64,000 nt of DNA, from assembly GCF_022045235.1 (NCBI RefSeq), contig NW_027266341.1:52266001-52330000 (forward strand), written 5' to 3'. The stretch's first letter is position 1, and each line of letters starts with the position of its first letter. The stretch is from Haliotis cracherodii (Eukaryota). The notes under the pieces are model-generated. The model had not been told where the DNA came from and did no database searches. It worked only from the letters and a program-made list of their open reading frames with translations. This document shows, piece after piece, positions 52,410-64,000 of the stretch. The position numbers were made by a program, and so were the translations under genes.

Positions 52410-52670
52410 GACCCGTGAAGATTCCGGGGTAGAATAGGTCTTCAGCAACCCATGCTTGCCGTAAAAGTTGACTATGCTTGTCGTAAAAGGCGACTAACGG
52501 GATCGGGTGGTCAGGCTCGCTGACTTGGTTGATACATGTCATCGATCCCAATTGCGTGGATCGATGCTCATGCTGTCAATCACTGGATTGTCTGGTCCAG
52601 GCTCGATTATTTACAGACCGCCGTCATATGGCTGGAATATTGCTGAGTGCGGCGTTAAACAACAAACCAA
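52410..52670 (+). mobile_element. Family B element, full length (reference copy)
   Basis: 12-bp TSD ccttttcgaata. Confidence 0.94.
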
Positions 52671-53167
52671 CCTTTTCGAATACCATCTCATCCAAGTTGT
52701 TCATTTATAGGAACGTGTTGCAGAATGGAAACTTGGCAGTTCATAATGTACATGCCACTACGTGGGGCTACCATGACTCATCACGCTGCTACCAACCAAC
52801 ATGTTGGTCATATAATCAGATGGGACTTCTATTGTATTGACAATAACAACCTTCGTCAGTTATAATTCAAATAAGTAAAATATATCATGAACAGCCTGCT
52901 ATCTATTGGGATCACTTTAAAATCATAATGGATGTTTTCGAAGCGTTTGCCAAGATATGGGCAAAAGAAGATGAACCTGTTGAATGTCTGTCAGAGTGGG
53001 TTAAACCAGTGCGTTATGTTGTCATTGGTGGAATGCGCGACATGAAAAAAGGGTTACATGATTGGAACACACCCTTTCTGCCCCAGCCAACTGCCATTTA
53101 AAGTCTGGCAGCACTACATGAAACGTTTGTTGCACCCACTGACAACACCACACGATTCTTGCTCAAG

Positions 53168-53332
53168 TGAGTGCATGAGTATGGTTTTACGCCTCTTTTA
53201 GCAATATTCCAACAATATCACGACGGGGAACACCAGAAATGGGCTTCACACATTGTACCCATGTCGGGAATCGAACCCGGGTCTTCGGCGTGACGAGCGA
53301 ACGCTTTAACCACAAGGCTATCCGACCGCCCC
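53168..53332 (-). mobile_element. SINE family A
   Basis: TSD tcttgctcaag. Confidence 0.92.
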
Positions 53333-54531
53333 TCTTGCTCAAGGGTTGGTGGATCATGGTAACAGCATTCGAGGCCTTAGTAATGCTTTCTAAAGGTTTT
53401 ATGACAGGCATATGGGGATAACACCAAGTACCATATTTGAACATATTTCTCCATGACACGGTCTCCAGGACAGGCCATTAGATATTTCTTTAAGTGGCAT
53501 TTAAAAGATGGTATGAAGACCAAGGAAGACATTTGTATGGTCTGCTTGGATTTATTGATTGTATGGATTGTATATCCAATTGTTCAATTGTCCTATTGTA
53601 GATACTGTAACAATGACGTAACAGAATCTTCAATGCTATTGTCTTGGATCAAAGTTTTCAAACGCAGATCACTCAGCGAATCATTTCAGATATCGAATTC
53701 CTCTTCTTTGTCGACGATGTGTCAACGATGTTTCAACGCCGAAAGAAAACACGGACACATTATTATTAAACATATACATTTAAATGGAAAAATATATCTC
53801 TTCTGTATATTGAATTATGTTTGTAGGTTAAAACAGTGGACGAAGAATTGTACCGTGTATGGTATGTTTTATATTTTGATTACTGTCTGTTTGTTGTTTA
53901 ACGCCGCACTCAGCAATATTTCAGCTATACGACGGCGGTTATAATTACTGTTTTAAAAGGAACAAAGTACCCCACAGACCTATTGGTCGGATATTACATC
54001 TGCCTGCTGCCATAGCAAACTGTCTTATTCTGCAAAACATGTAAAATAAAAAAAAACAACACTTTTCTTTGTGATCTTCTTCCTTGAGAATAGGATTCCC
54101 TAATCTACATAAGTACTTCTTTAATGACACAGGACGTTGTAAAAAATACATATGCATTTTTCACAGAATAGTGTGCTGAAGACTAATTTACACATGTAGA
54201 TCCTTCGCAGCAAGCACTAATTAAATTTGTGCTTAAACATAGATATGTTTTGTCAGATTTAGCCGTTGTCCTTGGCAAACTGTGAGATGTCTGTTTGATG
54301 TATAATTTAACATTGATCAGCGGTATACCAGCCATAAAACGACGGATATAGCTGGAAACGCCAATGGGGAAAGGTGACGACGAAACTAGATATTCAGTGT
54401 CACAATTTATTTCCAATTATGTGAAGAATGTCTCAATCGATATGTCTACAAGTAAATGACTCGCGGAGGCTATAACGGAATATACTTTATTCAACATGCA
54501 TATGTATGCTTTTAGCTTTACTATCAGGGAC

Positions 54532-54780
54532 GATCCGGGGTAGAATAGGTCTTCAGCAACCCATGTTTGCGTAAAAGGTGACTATGTTTGTCGTAAAAGG
54601 CGACTAACGGGATCGGGTGGTCATGCTCGCTGACTTGGTTGATGCATGTCATCGTATCCCTATTGCGTAGATCGATGCTCATGATGTCAATCACTGGATT
54701 GTCTGGCCCAGTCTTGATTATTTACAGACCGCCGTGACTAACTGGAATATTGCTGAGTGCGGCGTTAAACAACAAACAAA
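54532..54780 (+). mobile_element. Family B element, slightly 5'-truncated, followed by a degenerate D (54795-54976)
   Basis: Match to B consensus. Confidence 0.88.
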
Positions 54781-55432
54781 GGAACAAATCAGGAAACACG
54801 GGTGGCCCAGTCGTCTAACGCATCGCAATTCGCCGTACAGAAGTGAGTCCCTTTGCCGCGCCAGAAACCTACGATTTTGGGTTCGAATCCCGAATCGCCC
54901 AGTTTACATTTTTGTCTGTTAGTACCATACTCTTGCACGTGGGTTTCACCAAAACGACTCACCAAACTCACTCACTCCGTGTATAGTGGTATGCAAAAAA
55001 TATGGAATATTTTAAATTTTACTCAAAAGACCGATACACGATGCCATGTTGTCTCCTTCAGATTTAATGGTTTCATAACCAACCCTATGTTATAACACAC
55101 AAATCAGTTCAAGTTTTCCCTCATGAAATGAAAATGGATGCGTGTATACAAGCAATAACTCTACCCTAGAGACGCCGAGTGCATAATGAGATCTGAAGAA
55201 CCACAACTCCGGGTGACTCATCACACGAAAATTCCTACTTGTTGGGACAGTTCTACCTGAGGTAGGAGAATGTCAAGTTGCAAAAGTCACCACAGCAATA
55301 GCTTTGTATAGTGTATAAGAGGGAGTACTGTGTACTGTTGACATGTCTCTCAGTGAAGGTCACGTCCTAGCAAGCATACACACGTTCCCCGGGGTCCTAA
55401 CCCTGACACAGGCACACATGCACATAGGCACA

Positions 55433-55465
<33 letters not shown>

Positions 55466-55547
55466 TGGGGGACGGGATCAGGGATTGATTGAAAATCTTC
55501 ATTTTTTTATGTTTACGTGAAGAAATTTGAGCTCTCTTAAAGAGAAT

Positions 55548-55880
55548 ACCGCCTCCGTGGTCTAGTGGTAGAGCGTCCGCCCGGAGAGCGGAAGGTCCGG
55601 GGTTCGATCCCAGGCCGCGTCAAACCAAAAGACGTTAAAAGATGGTACTTGTTGTTACCCTGTCTGGCGCTCGGCATAAAGGGCCTAAAACAAGGACTGG
55701 TCGGCTCGGAGTCAGTATACTGTGTCTGAGTGGGGTATTCATGTTATACTGCGGCATGTTATCTCAGTGTGCTAGCACTATAAATCGGCATCGATCCTGA
55801 CTTGTACAAGCAGCCACACACGTGCATGCACGTCGCCATAGAAGTGCAATAATCTTGGACGCGACCTCGACTCACCACCT
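55548..55880 (+). mobile_element. SINE family C, near full length
   Basis: Match to the 324-661 copy. Confidence 0.9.
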
Positions 55881-55987
55881 CTGAATGAAAAATGGAAAAT
55901 GATATCGTCAGCACTCTGTTGCTGTTATATTGGTGTTGAAAATCGATAACGTGATAATAATTAGTAAACCCTTGTTAGCTTGAAGAT

Positions 55988-56147
55988 AGTGAGTGGGTAT
56001 GGTTTGACGCCGCTTTTAGCATTATTCCAGCAACATCACGGCGGGGGACACCAGAAATGGGCTTCACACATACCTATGTCGGGAATCGAACCCGCGTCTT
56101 CGGTGTGACGAGCGAACGCTTTAACCACTAGGCTAACCGACCGCCCA
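55988..56147 (-). mobile_element. SINE family A
   Basis: TSD agcttgaagat. Confidence 0.92.
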
Positions 56148-56640
56148 AGCTTGAAGATGAGGAAATTGTCAAGTTAGGTTATGTTCTGGAGACTGCCTAA
56201 TTTGGTGACATGCATAGAAGATTTTAGTAACGATCAAAAAATGATATTATATTAAGCGATATGTCGTGTTAATAGTTTTCGAGATTCCATCATGTTTATA
56301 TTAAATCACAAACCTTTATCACATGGCATAGTGAGGTAATGAAGACACAGTACATTTGAGCATTATTAATTCTGGACCCTTTTGGGGATCCCTTTGGGAT
56401 CGGATTGTCAGACTGGATGACTTAGATTTTGCATGTCATCGCACCCGACGGCGTGAACCGTTGCTCATAACAGCAATCACTGGATAGTCTGGTCCAGACT
56501 CGTTATGCATACGCCGCCGCTATAGATCTAGAATATTTCTGAGTACGACGTTAAACAACAAACACACGCCCATACCAAAATGTATTTGTGCCGAAACAAC
56601 ATCAACCTTCAAGTGCATCATTAGTTAGGATGTATCTCAT

Positions 56641-56692
<52 letters not shown>

Positions 56693-56825
56693 GTGCATTT
56701 ATAATGCGCCAGATTCCATTCACCAAGTGGATGGTCATAGCGCTACAGTATTATTACCCCGGTCAATGGATCAGTGAGCACTCGATTTTCTTCATTCTCA
56801 GCTCCCTGGGGAGTATACAACCCGC
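56641..56825 (-). mobile_element. 3' end of a different retroelement with (TTA)n tail (L2/CR1-type tail)
   Basis: Reverse-complement paralog of 62414-62546; agcgctatga...ggcgcatt..aaatgcac + (tta)n resembles an L2-type 3' stem-loop. Confidence 0.7.
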
Positions 56826-57376
56826 CGTGTTTTCGTCCAATTATTTTGAGTGACATTTAAATCTGTAACTTTGAATTTGAAATTTCACTTTTTTATTCGT
56901 GACACGCCTTTAACAAATCATTCAACTGTCATCATACATGTTAACTGTCCAACATGAACAGTTAGTATTTACATTGTAAAGGATAATGCTAAATAGATTA
57001 AATTACATCGACACCTTTCAGTTTTCCTGATGGCAACATTTGATGGTTTCGAAAAGCAAAAGCTCGAATTCAAATGAGGCGTGGACAGAGGAAATGAGGT
57101 ATTAAGCACATTTGTATTGCATTGTATTGTATTGTATTGTATTACTAATGCATGTGTTCGAGCGCTTGTTTGGAGAACGTTTGGTTAGATAAGGAAGTGA
57201 ATTACCTTAAATGAAAATGTTGTGCTAATATTTACAAAGTATTTTTTTTCAGGTGTCATCGGGAGAGATCGTGATAGGCAGAGTGTATTGGCTTTTACAT
57301 AAACATGTTTGAGTTTTAAGATGCATGTCAGTTTAGCGTCATTATAGGGTCCTGCTACAAATTGATCATGGGAAAA

Positions 57377-57462
57377 GTGAGTTGAGGTGAGGTGAAGTGG
57401 GGTTTAAGGTTGTGTTCAAGATTATTGCACTTACATATCGACGTGCGTGCGTGTGCGTGCGA

Positions 57463-57493
<31 letters not shown>

Positions 57494-57705
57494 TGTGTCT
57501 ACCACTGTGTGTGGACTGTTGCCAGTTTTTAGTGCTAGCCTACTGAGATACAACGCTGCAGTTTAACACGGATACCTCATTCAGACACAGCATACTGACT
57601 CCGAGCCGACCAGTCCTTGTTTGATTCCCTGAATGCCGAGCACCAGGCAGGGTAAAAACAAATACCATCTTTTAAAGATTTTCGGTTTGGCGCAGCCGGG
57701 GATCG
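57377..57705 (-). mobile_element. SINE family C, diverged, with (GCGT)n expansion
   Basis: C body and tail recognisable. Confidence 0.82.
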
Positions 57706-58062
57706 CATGGTAAGGGTAACGAATGGGTTTAACACCTCTTTTAACGCAACGTATAGCCTCAATATTTGCTATACACGCCAGCTGACCAAGAAATTAAACT
57801 ATCGAGCACGGATAGGTTGCACATATGCTGGTTTGGGCGGATCTTGGATTCGTATCAAGGACTACAAGTAATTAATGGATTCATGTTTCAGTATAAAAGA
57901 AACATCAAAGTGGAACACATTCTCTTAATCCGATACATACTAACATGTTTTAGAGACCTGGAATGCCATTCAGTGTCCATGGTAACTCAAACTTGTTCTT
58001 TGGCGTACATATCCATAGTTGAGGTTTTTGAGCCAACAATAATAAAAAAATCCTGTATTATA

Positions 58063-58574
58063 CAGTAAAATCTCATTAATCAGGTGTCAAGTCCACATTA
58101 ACAAGTTTCCGAATTAACAAATTATTGGCATGGTGCAATGAATAAATTGCAAGTGATTCCGTGATAGTTGATTGGCCAACTTATCAAATATTATGCATAA
58201 ACCGAGAAAAATGAGGCCACGCCCACCAACGACCTCCTTTTTACTGATTGACTGATAAATACAATCTTGTGTTGTATTAATGCGCTAAACGATGTCAATG
58301 ATTTCAAACTGTTGTCTACATTTTTTTTTGAATGACTAAATAAGCTGTCTGTGAGGTTATTATTTTTTTACGTATTTATTTATAAATTGACTTCAGTGTG
58401 TTTTTTGCTTCGTGGATCATTTTACGTTTATACCTAAATAACGGTAGAACATATTGCAGTCAGCTCTGAATTGATATATACTTAATATTTAGGTATGCAT
58501 ATCTGTTTCAAGCGAGATCCTCGAGAAGGAAGGGCTTCCACTTTAACGGTGTCCAGACTAACAAGGTTTCACTG
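58063..58574. mobile_element. Possible longer Tigger-like MITE
   Basis: Imperfect TIR cagtaaaatctcattaatc / gactaacaaggtttcactg; related end sequence at 48703-48725. Confidence 0.5.
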
Positions 58575-59259
58575 TGTAACGCATGTATACAGGTCGCACG
58601 ACCCGTTTGATAACGGGTCCTTGTCCGTAACAGGATACCGTTATCCTTTGTCCTTGTAAATACATATATGTATGGAGTGTTTAGAGCCTTTGCAAATACT
58701 CTTAACTGGCTTAATCTGGCGAAGCACTCCATGGGGGAGTTTAAACACGACAGCAGAAGAGGAGGGCGACTATGCCTTGAATATTCTCCTATAATATTCG
58801 CCACCAAACACAACTGTTTGCATTTCCGACCATTAACCAGTTGGAACTAACAATAAAGCGGACGTGAAATAGATATGTCACGATTTCATTGTGGGTATTG
58901 TTTTCGTCAATATTGATGCAGTGTTTTTATATCTACAGCTGTTATTAACAGTCGGTGTCTCCCCCGATCAAACGATACGGTGTGGGAAGAACACACGGAA
59001 GGGGTTTATGTTACCCAATAACTGTACGTCACCAACAAAAGCTGAATTTAGGACACGGGGGGGCGGAGACGGTACAGGTGACACCCTGTCACTTGATAGG
59101 ACATGCTCCCCTGTTGGGATTCCCTCTCCCGGGTAAGAAAAGGCCCCCTGTTGGTCGCAAGAGGCGATTTAATGGAATAGTGAGTTAGTAGATTGGGCGT
59201 CATCATACCCAACGGCATTGTCGTTGCTGGATTATGTGCATCCGACATATAGCAAAATA

Positions 59260-59322
59260 GACCCGTAAAGATCCGGGTTAGAAAAGGTCTTCAGCAACCC
59301 ATTCCTGCCGTAAAAGGCGACA
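59260..59322 (+). mobile_element. Family B head-only fragment
   Basis: gacccgtaaagatccgggttagaaaaggtcttcagcaaccc...gtaaaaggcgac. Confidence 0.8.
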
Positions 59323-59345
59323 AGTATGTTGTTTAACAACTAATA

Positions 59346-59393
<48 letters not shown>

Positions 59394-59944
59394 AACTATA
59401 CATCCTTTTCTACATTGCTCCCAAATAGCCACCCACATAGATTTCTGGCAACGAGTAACATGGCGTCGTGTAACTGTTGGACAGCACAAAGTCAGAGACT
59501 CCTCAATCTCTCGTGTCTAAAGACGAAGTCAAAGAATGTTTATTCGCAGGTAGGTCCCTCAACATATACAGTTTATACATATATAAACATTAATACACAG
59601 TAAGGCCTTTGAGCTTAATGGGTAACACCGTATACTACAAGCATATTATTAACATTACATAGAAAAACCTCTTAGTTATGTTTGTTTCTAGATATGTGAT
59701 GATGTTATTTTGACATATTTACAAAATATTCCAGGAATGCCACGTCACTTTATCCTGATCAGTACAGAGAAATACAGAATGACATTCATTCCGCTTGTAA
59801 AAATAGAATATAATGTTAGTAAAAGATAAATTGCGAACCAAATACTCTTATCGACTATTCATCCAAGCTTCTGCATAGCGTGCATTTGTTGTCTTAAAAT
59901 ACAGCATTCAGACTTGGACGTACTGTTCATTATATACTTAATTA

Positions 59945-60119
59945 CAGTAAAGTACGTTTATAACGAACACGCTTATAACGAACTGACGGATATAACGAAC
60001 TGATTTTTTTGTCCCGACTATTTGCTATTGTTATAGTGTATATATGCTCATAACGAACAACGGTTATAACGAACTAAAGTTAGTGGTCCCTTTGAGTTCG
60101 TTATAACCGTAGTTTACTG
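59945..60119. mobile_element. Tc1/mariner (pogo/Tigger-like) MITE, 175 bp
   Basis: TA|CAGTAAA...TTTACTG|TA. Confidence 0.9.
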
Positions 60120-60239
60120 TATATATAAATATATTACATACTTAAGATGTGGGTGATGAGTTAATCGCTGTTGGTTACGCCTTCTTGTTTAGCCACCAAC
60201 ACTGCCTGTTTGTTGCCATATCATATCGTAATCCGTATT

Positions 60240-60750
60240 ATTATTTATTATTATCATTATTTACAGATGTAAACTAAATAAATTCAGCAAAGAGGGTTTG
60301 GGTGATCCTGGGACAGTCAGCATCAGCGAATGGGACTTCTCCCAGGAAGCGCTGCCTAGTCAAACCCACCCAGAACTTTTTGGAGAATGTGAAGGCCCCC
60401 CAACACTGCAACCTTCTGCATTACCCAGATTGTCAGAAGGGGTGTATTCCTGGTAGCAGCCCCGGGTGCTCTCCCGATGTCAGTCAACAGATTGGGGGGT
60501 ACCGAACCTAAGGCACCAAGAACAACCTAAGACACCAAGAACAATGGGGAGTCGAACAACTTGGTACTTAGGATGAAAGCGTGACATTACGAAAGCGAGG
60601 TCCGCATATTTGCCATGTTTTTCTTGAATCGTGTCAAAAGGGACAGAAAAATTCAATGATATAAATAATTTCATTGGAATTATTAAAAAGGACAAGATCA
60701 GCATTGTTGGCCTGGATAGGTACGAGGCTGTATACGGGCCTATTCCAATA
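60240..60750 (-). mobile_element. R4/Dong-like non-LTR retrotransposon, 5'-truncated (restriction-like endonuclease, 3' UTR, TAA tail)
   Basis: Reads YWNRPVYSLVPIQANNADLVLF...IYIIEF/SVPFD..IQEKHGKYADLA...PIVLGVLG...MQKVAVLG; one frameshift and a 19-bp tandem duplication; (TAA)-rich tract at the 3' end. Confidence 0.82.
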
Positions 60751-61024
60751 TCGGATATCCAGAGCTGATTTAAAATATTTAGAAATTAAGTTTGCCAAGA
60801 TTTAACTTATGTAAAGTGTTTCAATTTGAATAATATATGTCTCCTATTCAGACTATTAAAGGTCGGAATATCGATTATTATTCTGTTTTGTACATCTTGT
60901 ATTTGGGACATGCATTAGGAACCAACAACATACAGGAAGTAAGAGAGTGATTCTGGAAATATAGGCATGAAAGCCCCGTCCATTGGTTGGCGTGGTGTGT
61001 AACCCGGTACAGTAGATTAACATA

Positions 61025-61199
61025 CAGCAAACTACGTTTATAACGAATACGCTTGTAACGAACTGACCGATATAACGAACTTATTTCTTAGACCAGGCCA
61101 TTTGCTGTATATATGCTGTATGTATGCTTATAACGAACTGTGGTTATTACGAACAAAAATTAGTGGTCACTTTGAGTTCGTTATAACCGTAGTTAACTG
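61025..61199. mobile_element. Tc1/mariner (pogo/Tigger-like) MITE, 175 bp
   Basis: TA|CAGCAAACTACG...CGTAGTTAACTG|TA. Confidence 0.9.
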
Positions 61200-62413
61200 T
61201 ACATGCATGCACAAACACACCATATGTGAACGAACGTTTCAGCCGAAGAAACATGCCCTTCGTTAAACACCACCGTTCGATTTCTTCCTTCACGTTCAGG
61301 TTCCCGGTAATGTTAATTTTGAAGAAAAATACATGGTCTTCGCTGAGCTGATAAGACATAAAATTTGCTTTGGGCAATAAAATTTAAAATACTCATAAAC
61401 GTATACTGACGTGAATTTATACAATACAAACATAGCTGTGGTAAAAGAAATTTACATTTATGTTGAGGTGAGTGCAGCCTTTCTGTAGTCGTGCGAATAT
61501 ATTGGAAAAACGTGGACAAAGTCCCGAGCACAACAAAGAGCCCAACATGAAAGAAGGTGCAATGGTTAGGACCCGGTAACAAATGGGCTCAAGGCACGGT
61601 TTCTGGAGAGTTAATTTATATTACTATTACTTCTTTGTTGTTGAACGGTTTGTATTGCAGAATCCAAAATGTCAGGCGCTGCAAAAAGCTTCGGTTACGA
61701 GAGACAATACATTAATATTGACACTCATAATTATTTCTAAAGTGTCACAGGTCATATGAATAAACAATAAAGACTGCACTTGTTTACTCTGTGTCCCAGG
61801 CAATAGCATATCCTGTGAGAACTAGACTCCGTGCAGGTCCGGGCAGATTAAGAAAAGGTCACGTCAGGTATTTGTCACAGTGATCCCGACTGCGACTCGG
61901 GAGCCAGTGCCAGGTCATTGAGACCTTCTCGTGTCTTCATATATACATCCTTAACCTGTACCACGGGATGATAGACCTGCTCTGTCCGCACAGATGGCAT
62001 TGTTATAAATGTCTCTTGTGCAAAACTGGATTTTTTTAAATTCGTGTTTTTAAAAAGAAATTAACAATTGGAATGGTTTTGTTGAATTATTGTTAATGGT
62101 AAAACAAGAAAAATATAATTAATTTCTAAGCAACGATAGCTGGGGAATGACTGTTAACATTTGTGGCGATATGCTGAAATGTATACTTTAAAAGCTCGTG
62201 TTCATCAATAATAAAAGGGACTCGTCAGCCCCGGCACAGCTTGAATGGTTTGTGGGATAGTTCTACCTAAAGTGATAACTATTTGGTTGCAGCGGCAGAA
62301 TGTGTTCAAGATGACGTTTACTGCGATACTAAGAAAAACATCTCCCCTGTGTGTGCGGATATTGTCGTGGGTATATTTTAGCTGAACAAAGAAGGATTAC
62401 AAAGAAATGTAAC

Positions 62414-62546
62414 GTATACTCCCCAGGGAGCTGAGAATTAAAATCGAGTGCTCACTGATCCATTGACTGGGTAATAATAGTGTAGCGCTATGAGCATCCA
62501 CTTGGTAAATGGAATCTGGCGCATTTTAAATGCACTTATTATTATT
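62414..62546 (+). mobile_element. 3' end of L2/CR1-tailed retroelement
   Basis: Paralog of 56641-56825. Confidence 0.7.
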
Positions 62547-63242
62547 TAATAAATACTTGAAAAACAATTGAACCATTAACCGAAATATCATTTTTTTTAT
62601 AAAATTGTGAGATAAGACCAATGGATGGAGATGGGAGACATTAAATATAAATCAAGATATCGGAAGTTCGAGACGGACGAAGTGCCGATATCGATTCTCC
62701 AGGAACTTATATCTCTGATTCATCTTATACGATGTACGAAAAAATGGAGTTCGAGTCAACGAAGTTACTGAATAAATCATATAAAACATAAATGTCCATT
62801 TTAAATAGTATATTAGCCGAATGCATAAACTACATCTGTTTCTTGTCTATACGTTGAATATATCTTTACAGTGAACCCGTCCCCATGGTGACTAAGTAGA
62901 AGTTTATAGTGGCCAGTTCTGTGTCTCTGCTAATTGGTGATGCTCATCTTTTCAGTCACTGGATGGCATGGTCCAGACTCCATTATGTGTGGACCTCGTT
63001 ATATACTAGGATATTGCTGACGGTGGCTAACTAAAACCGCTCACTCACTGACACACACTCACTGTGAAGGAGGTCGGGGTGGAGGAGGAAACAAACATCT
63101 CTTCTTTACCCACAACATCTTGTTCTTCATAACAACCAACATGTCCTGCGAACTATTTATTATTTATCATTCTATTGTTAAACATGTTGAAAAATATTTT
63201 TTCAAGCATCTACGGGAACACCCCCCCCCCCCCCCCCCCCCC

Positions 63243-63277
<35 letters not shown>

Positions 63278-63372
63278 AATATCATATCGACTGCTATATT
63301 AACACGTTAAAGATGCTCTGAGGTATGTTGGCAAATGTTTCCTGTGCGAACGAAGACATTGTGTGTACGTCT

Positions 63373-63538
63373 GGGGGCATTGGGGTAGCCTAGTGGCCAA
63401 AAGCGTTCGCTCGTCACGCAGAAGACCTGGGTTCGATTCCCGACATGGGTACAATGTGTGAAGCCCATTTCTGGTGTCTCCTGCCGAGATATTGCTGGAA
63501 TATTGCTATAAGCGGCGAAAAACATTACTCGGTCACTC
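63373..63538 (+). mobile_element. SINE family A
   Basis: Full-length, moderately diverged match. Confidence 0.88.
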
Positions 63539-64000
63539 CCTTGTAGTCTATATAACATCACCGAAACAAATTTCATTGGGCGTAAAAGGGAAAATTATAT
63601 AGATGGATCACTGAAAATTCAATGTGGACACCAGGTATTCGCTAAGAGTAAGCATATCCTGTCCCACGGGAAACATCCGCCACTGCAAAAAAATAGTGTT
63701 TCTTGACATGGAACCACTGTCACTATTGCACATCATCAAACTGCATAACACGTTTTCATCAAATTTGATGGGGATGCCAGTTTGCGCATGCCTTGTCCAC
63801 CTTTAACGTGGCTCAACATCTTGCATACCATATGTACTATGTAGGACTTGCAAAACCGCTACAGACCGCCAGTGTATGATATTACTATATAGCATATTAG
63901 CACCATGTGCAGTACATATCACCACAGTAGGAAATGTGTACACCATATGTCGACACCATCAGACAGAGGGAAGTTCAATGTTTGTTTAATCATGGTAATG

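Larger units (their letters stand above)
51711..53440 (+). mobile_element. Degenerate Penelope-like element of Naiad/Chlamys architecture (N-terminal GIY-YIG, RT core deleted), interrupted by B and A insertions
   Basis: Frameshifted translation in order: VYQHFHSENHSILGMKVSILE...RENHWI*LLFSAMPYVCND (GIY-YIG C-half), KQGIDALNISNI, GHII..IDNNNLRQL, AKIWAKEDEPVECLSEWVK, LAALHETFVAPTD, then LVDHGNSIRGLSNAF*RFYDRH (thumb-like). Confidence 0.78.

Overview
AT-rich, repeat-dense eukaryotic draft sequence with six N-gaps. The SINE inventory looks molluscan, most like a gastropod such as abalone (inference). The only host gene I can support is a soluble guanylate cyclase on the minus strand. Four GT-AG exons join in frame (23633-23560, 16041-15923, 11203-10518, 8443-8264) and encode the H-NOX and PAS domains. 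The PAS/coiled-coil boundary is alpha-subunit type, while the H-NOX is unusually beta-like. The start exon was not located, and the coiled-coil/catalytic exons probably lie left of position 1. The rest is intron or intergenic DNA carrying dozens of short retroelement copies. Three families have tRNA heads: A (tRNA-Asp-like), C (Meta/Deu-like body) and D (tRNA-Leu-like head, V-like body). Family B has no tRNA head and instead starts with a pseudoknotted RNA-like 5' module; it is my best candidate for an undescribed system (possible self-cleaving or processing RNA). All families share one LINE-type 3' tail. Also present: a Naiad-type Penelope-like remnant with N-terminal GIY-YIG, two R4/Dong-like fragments, several MITEs, mini- and microsatellites, and a TSD-bounded inverted copy of a SINE-flank-SINE block. 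Most ORFs in the supplied track are spurious.
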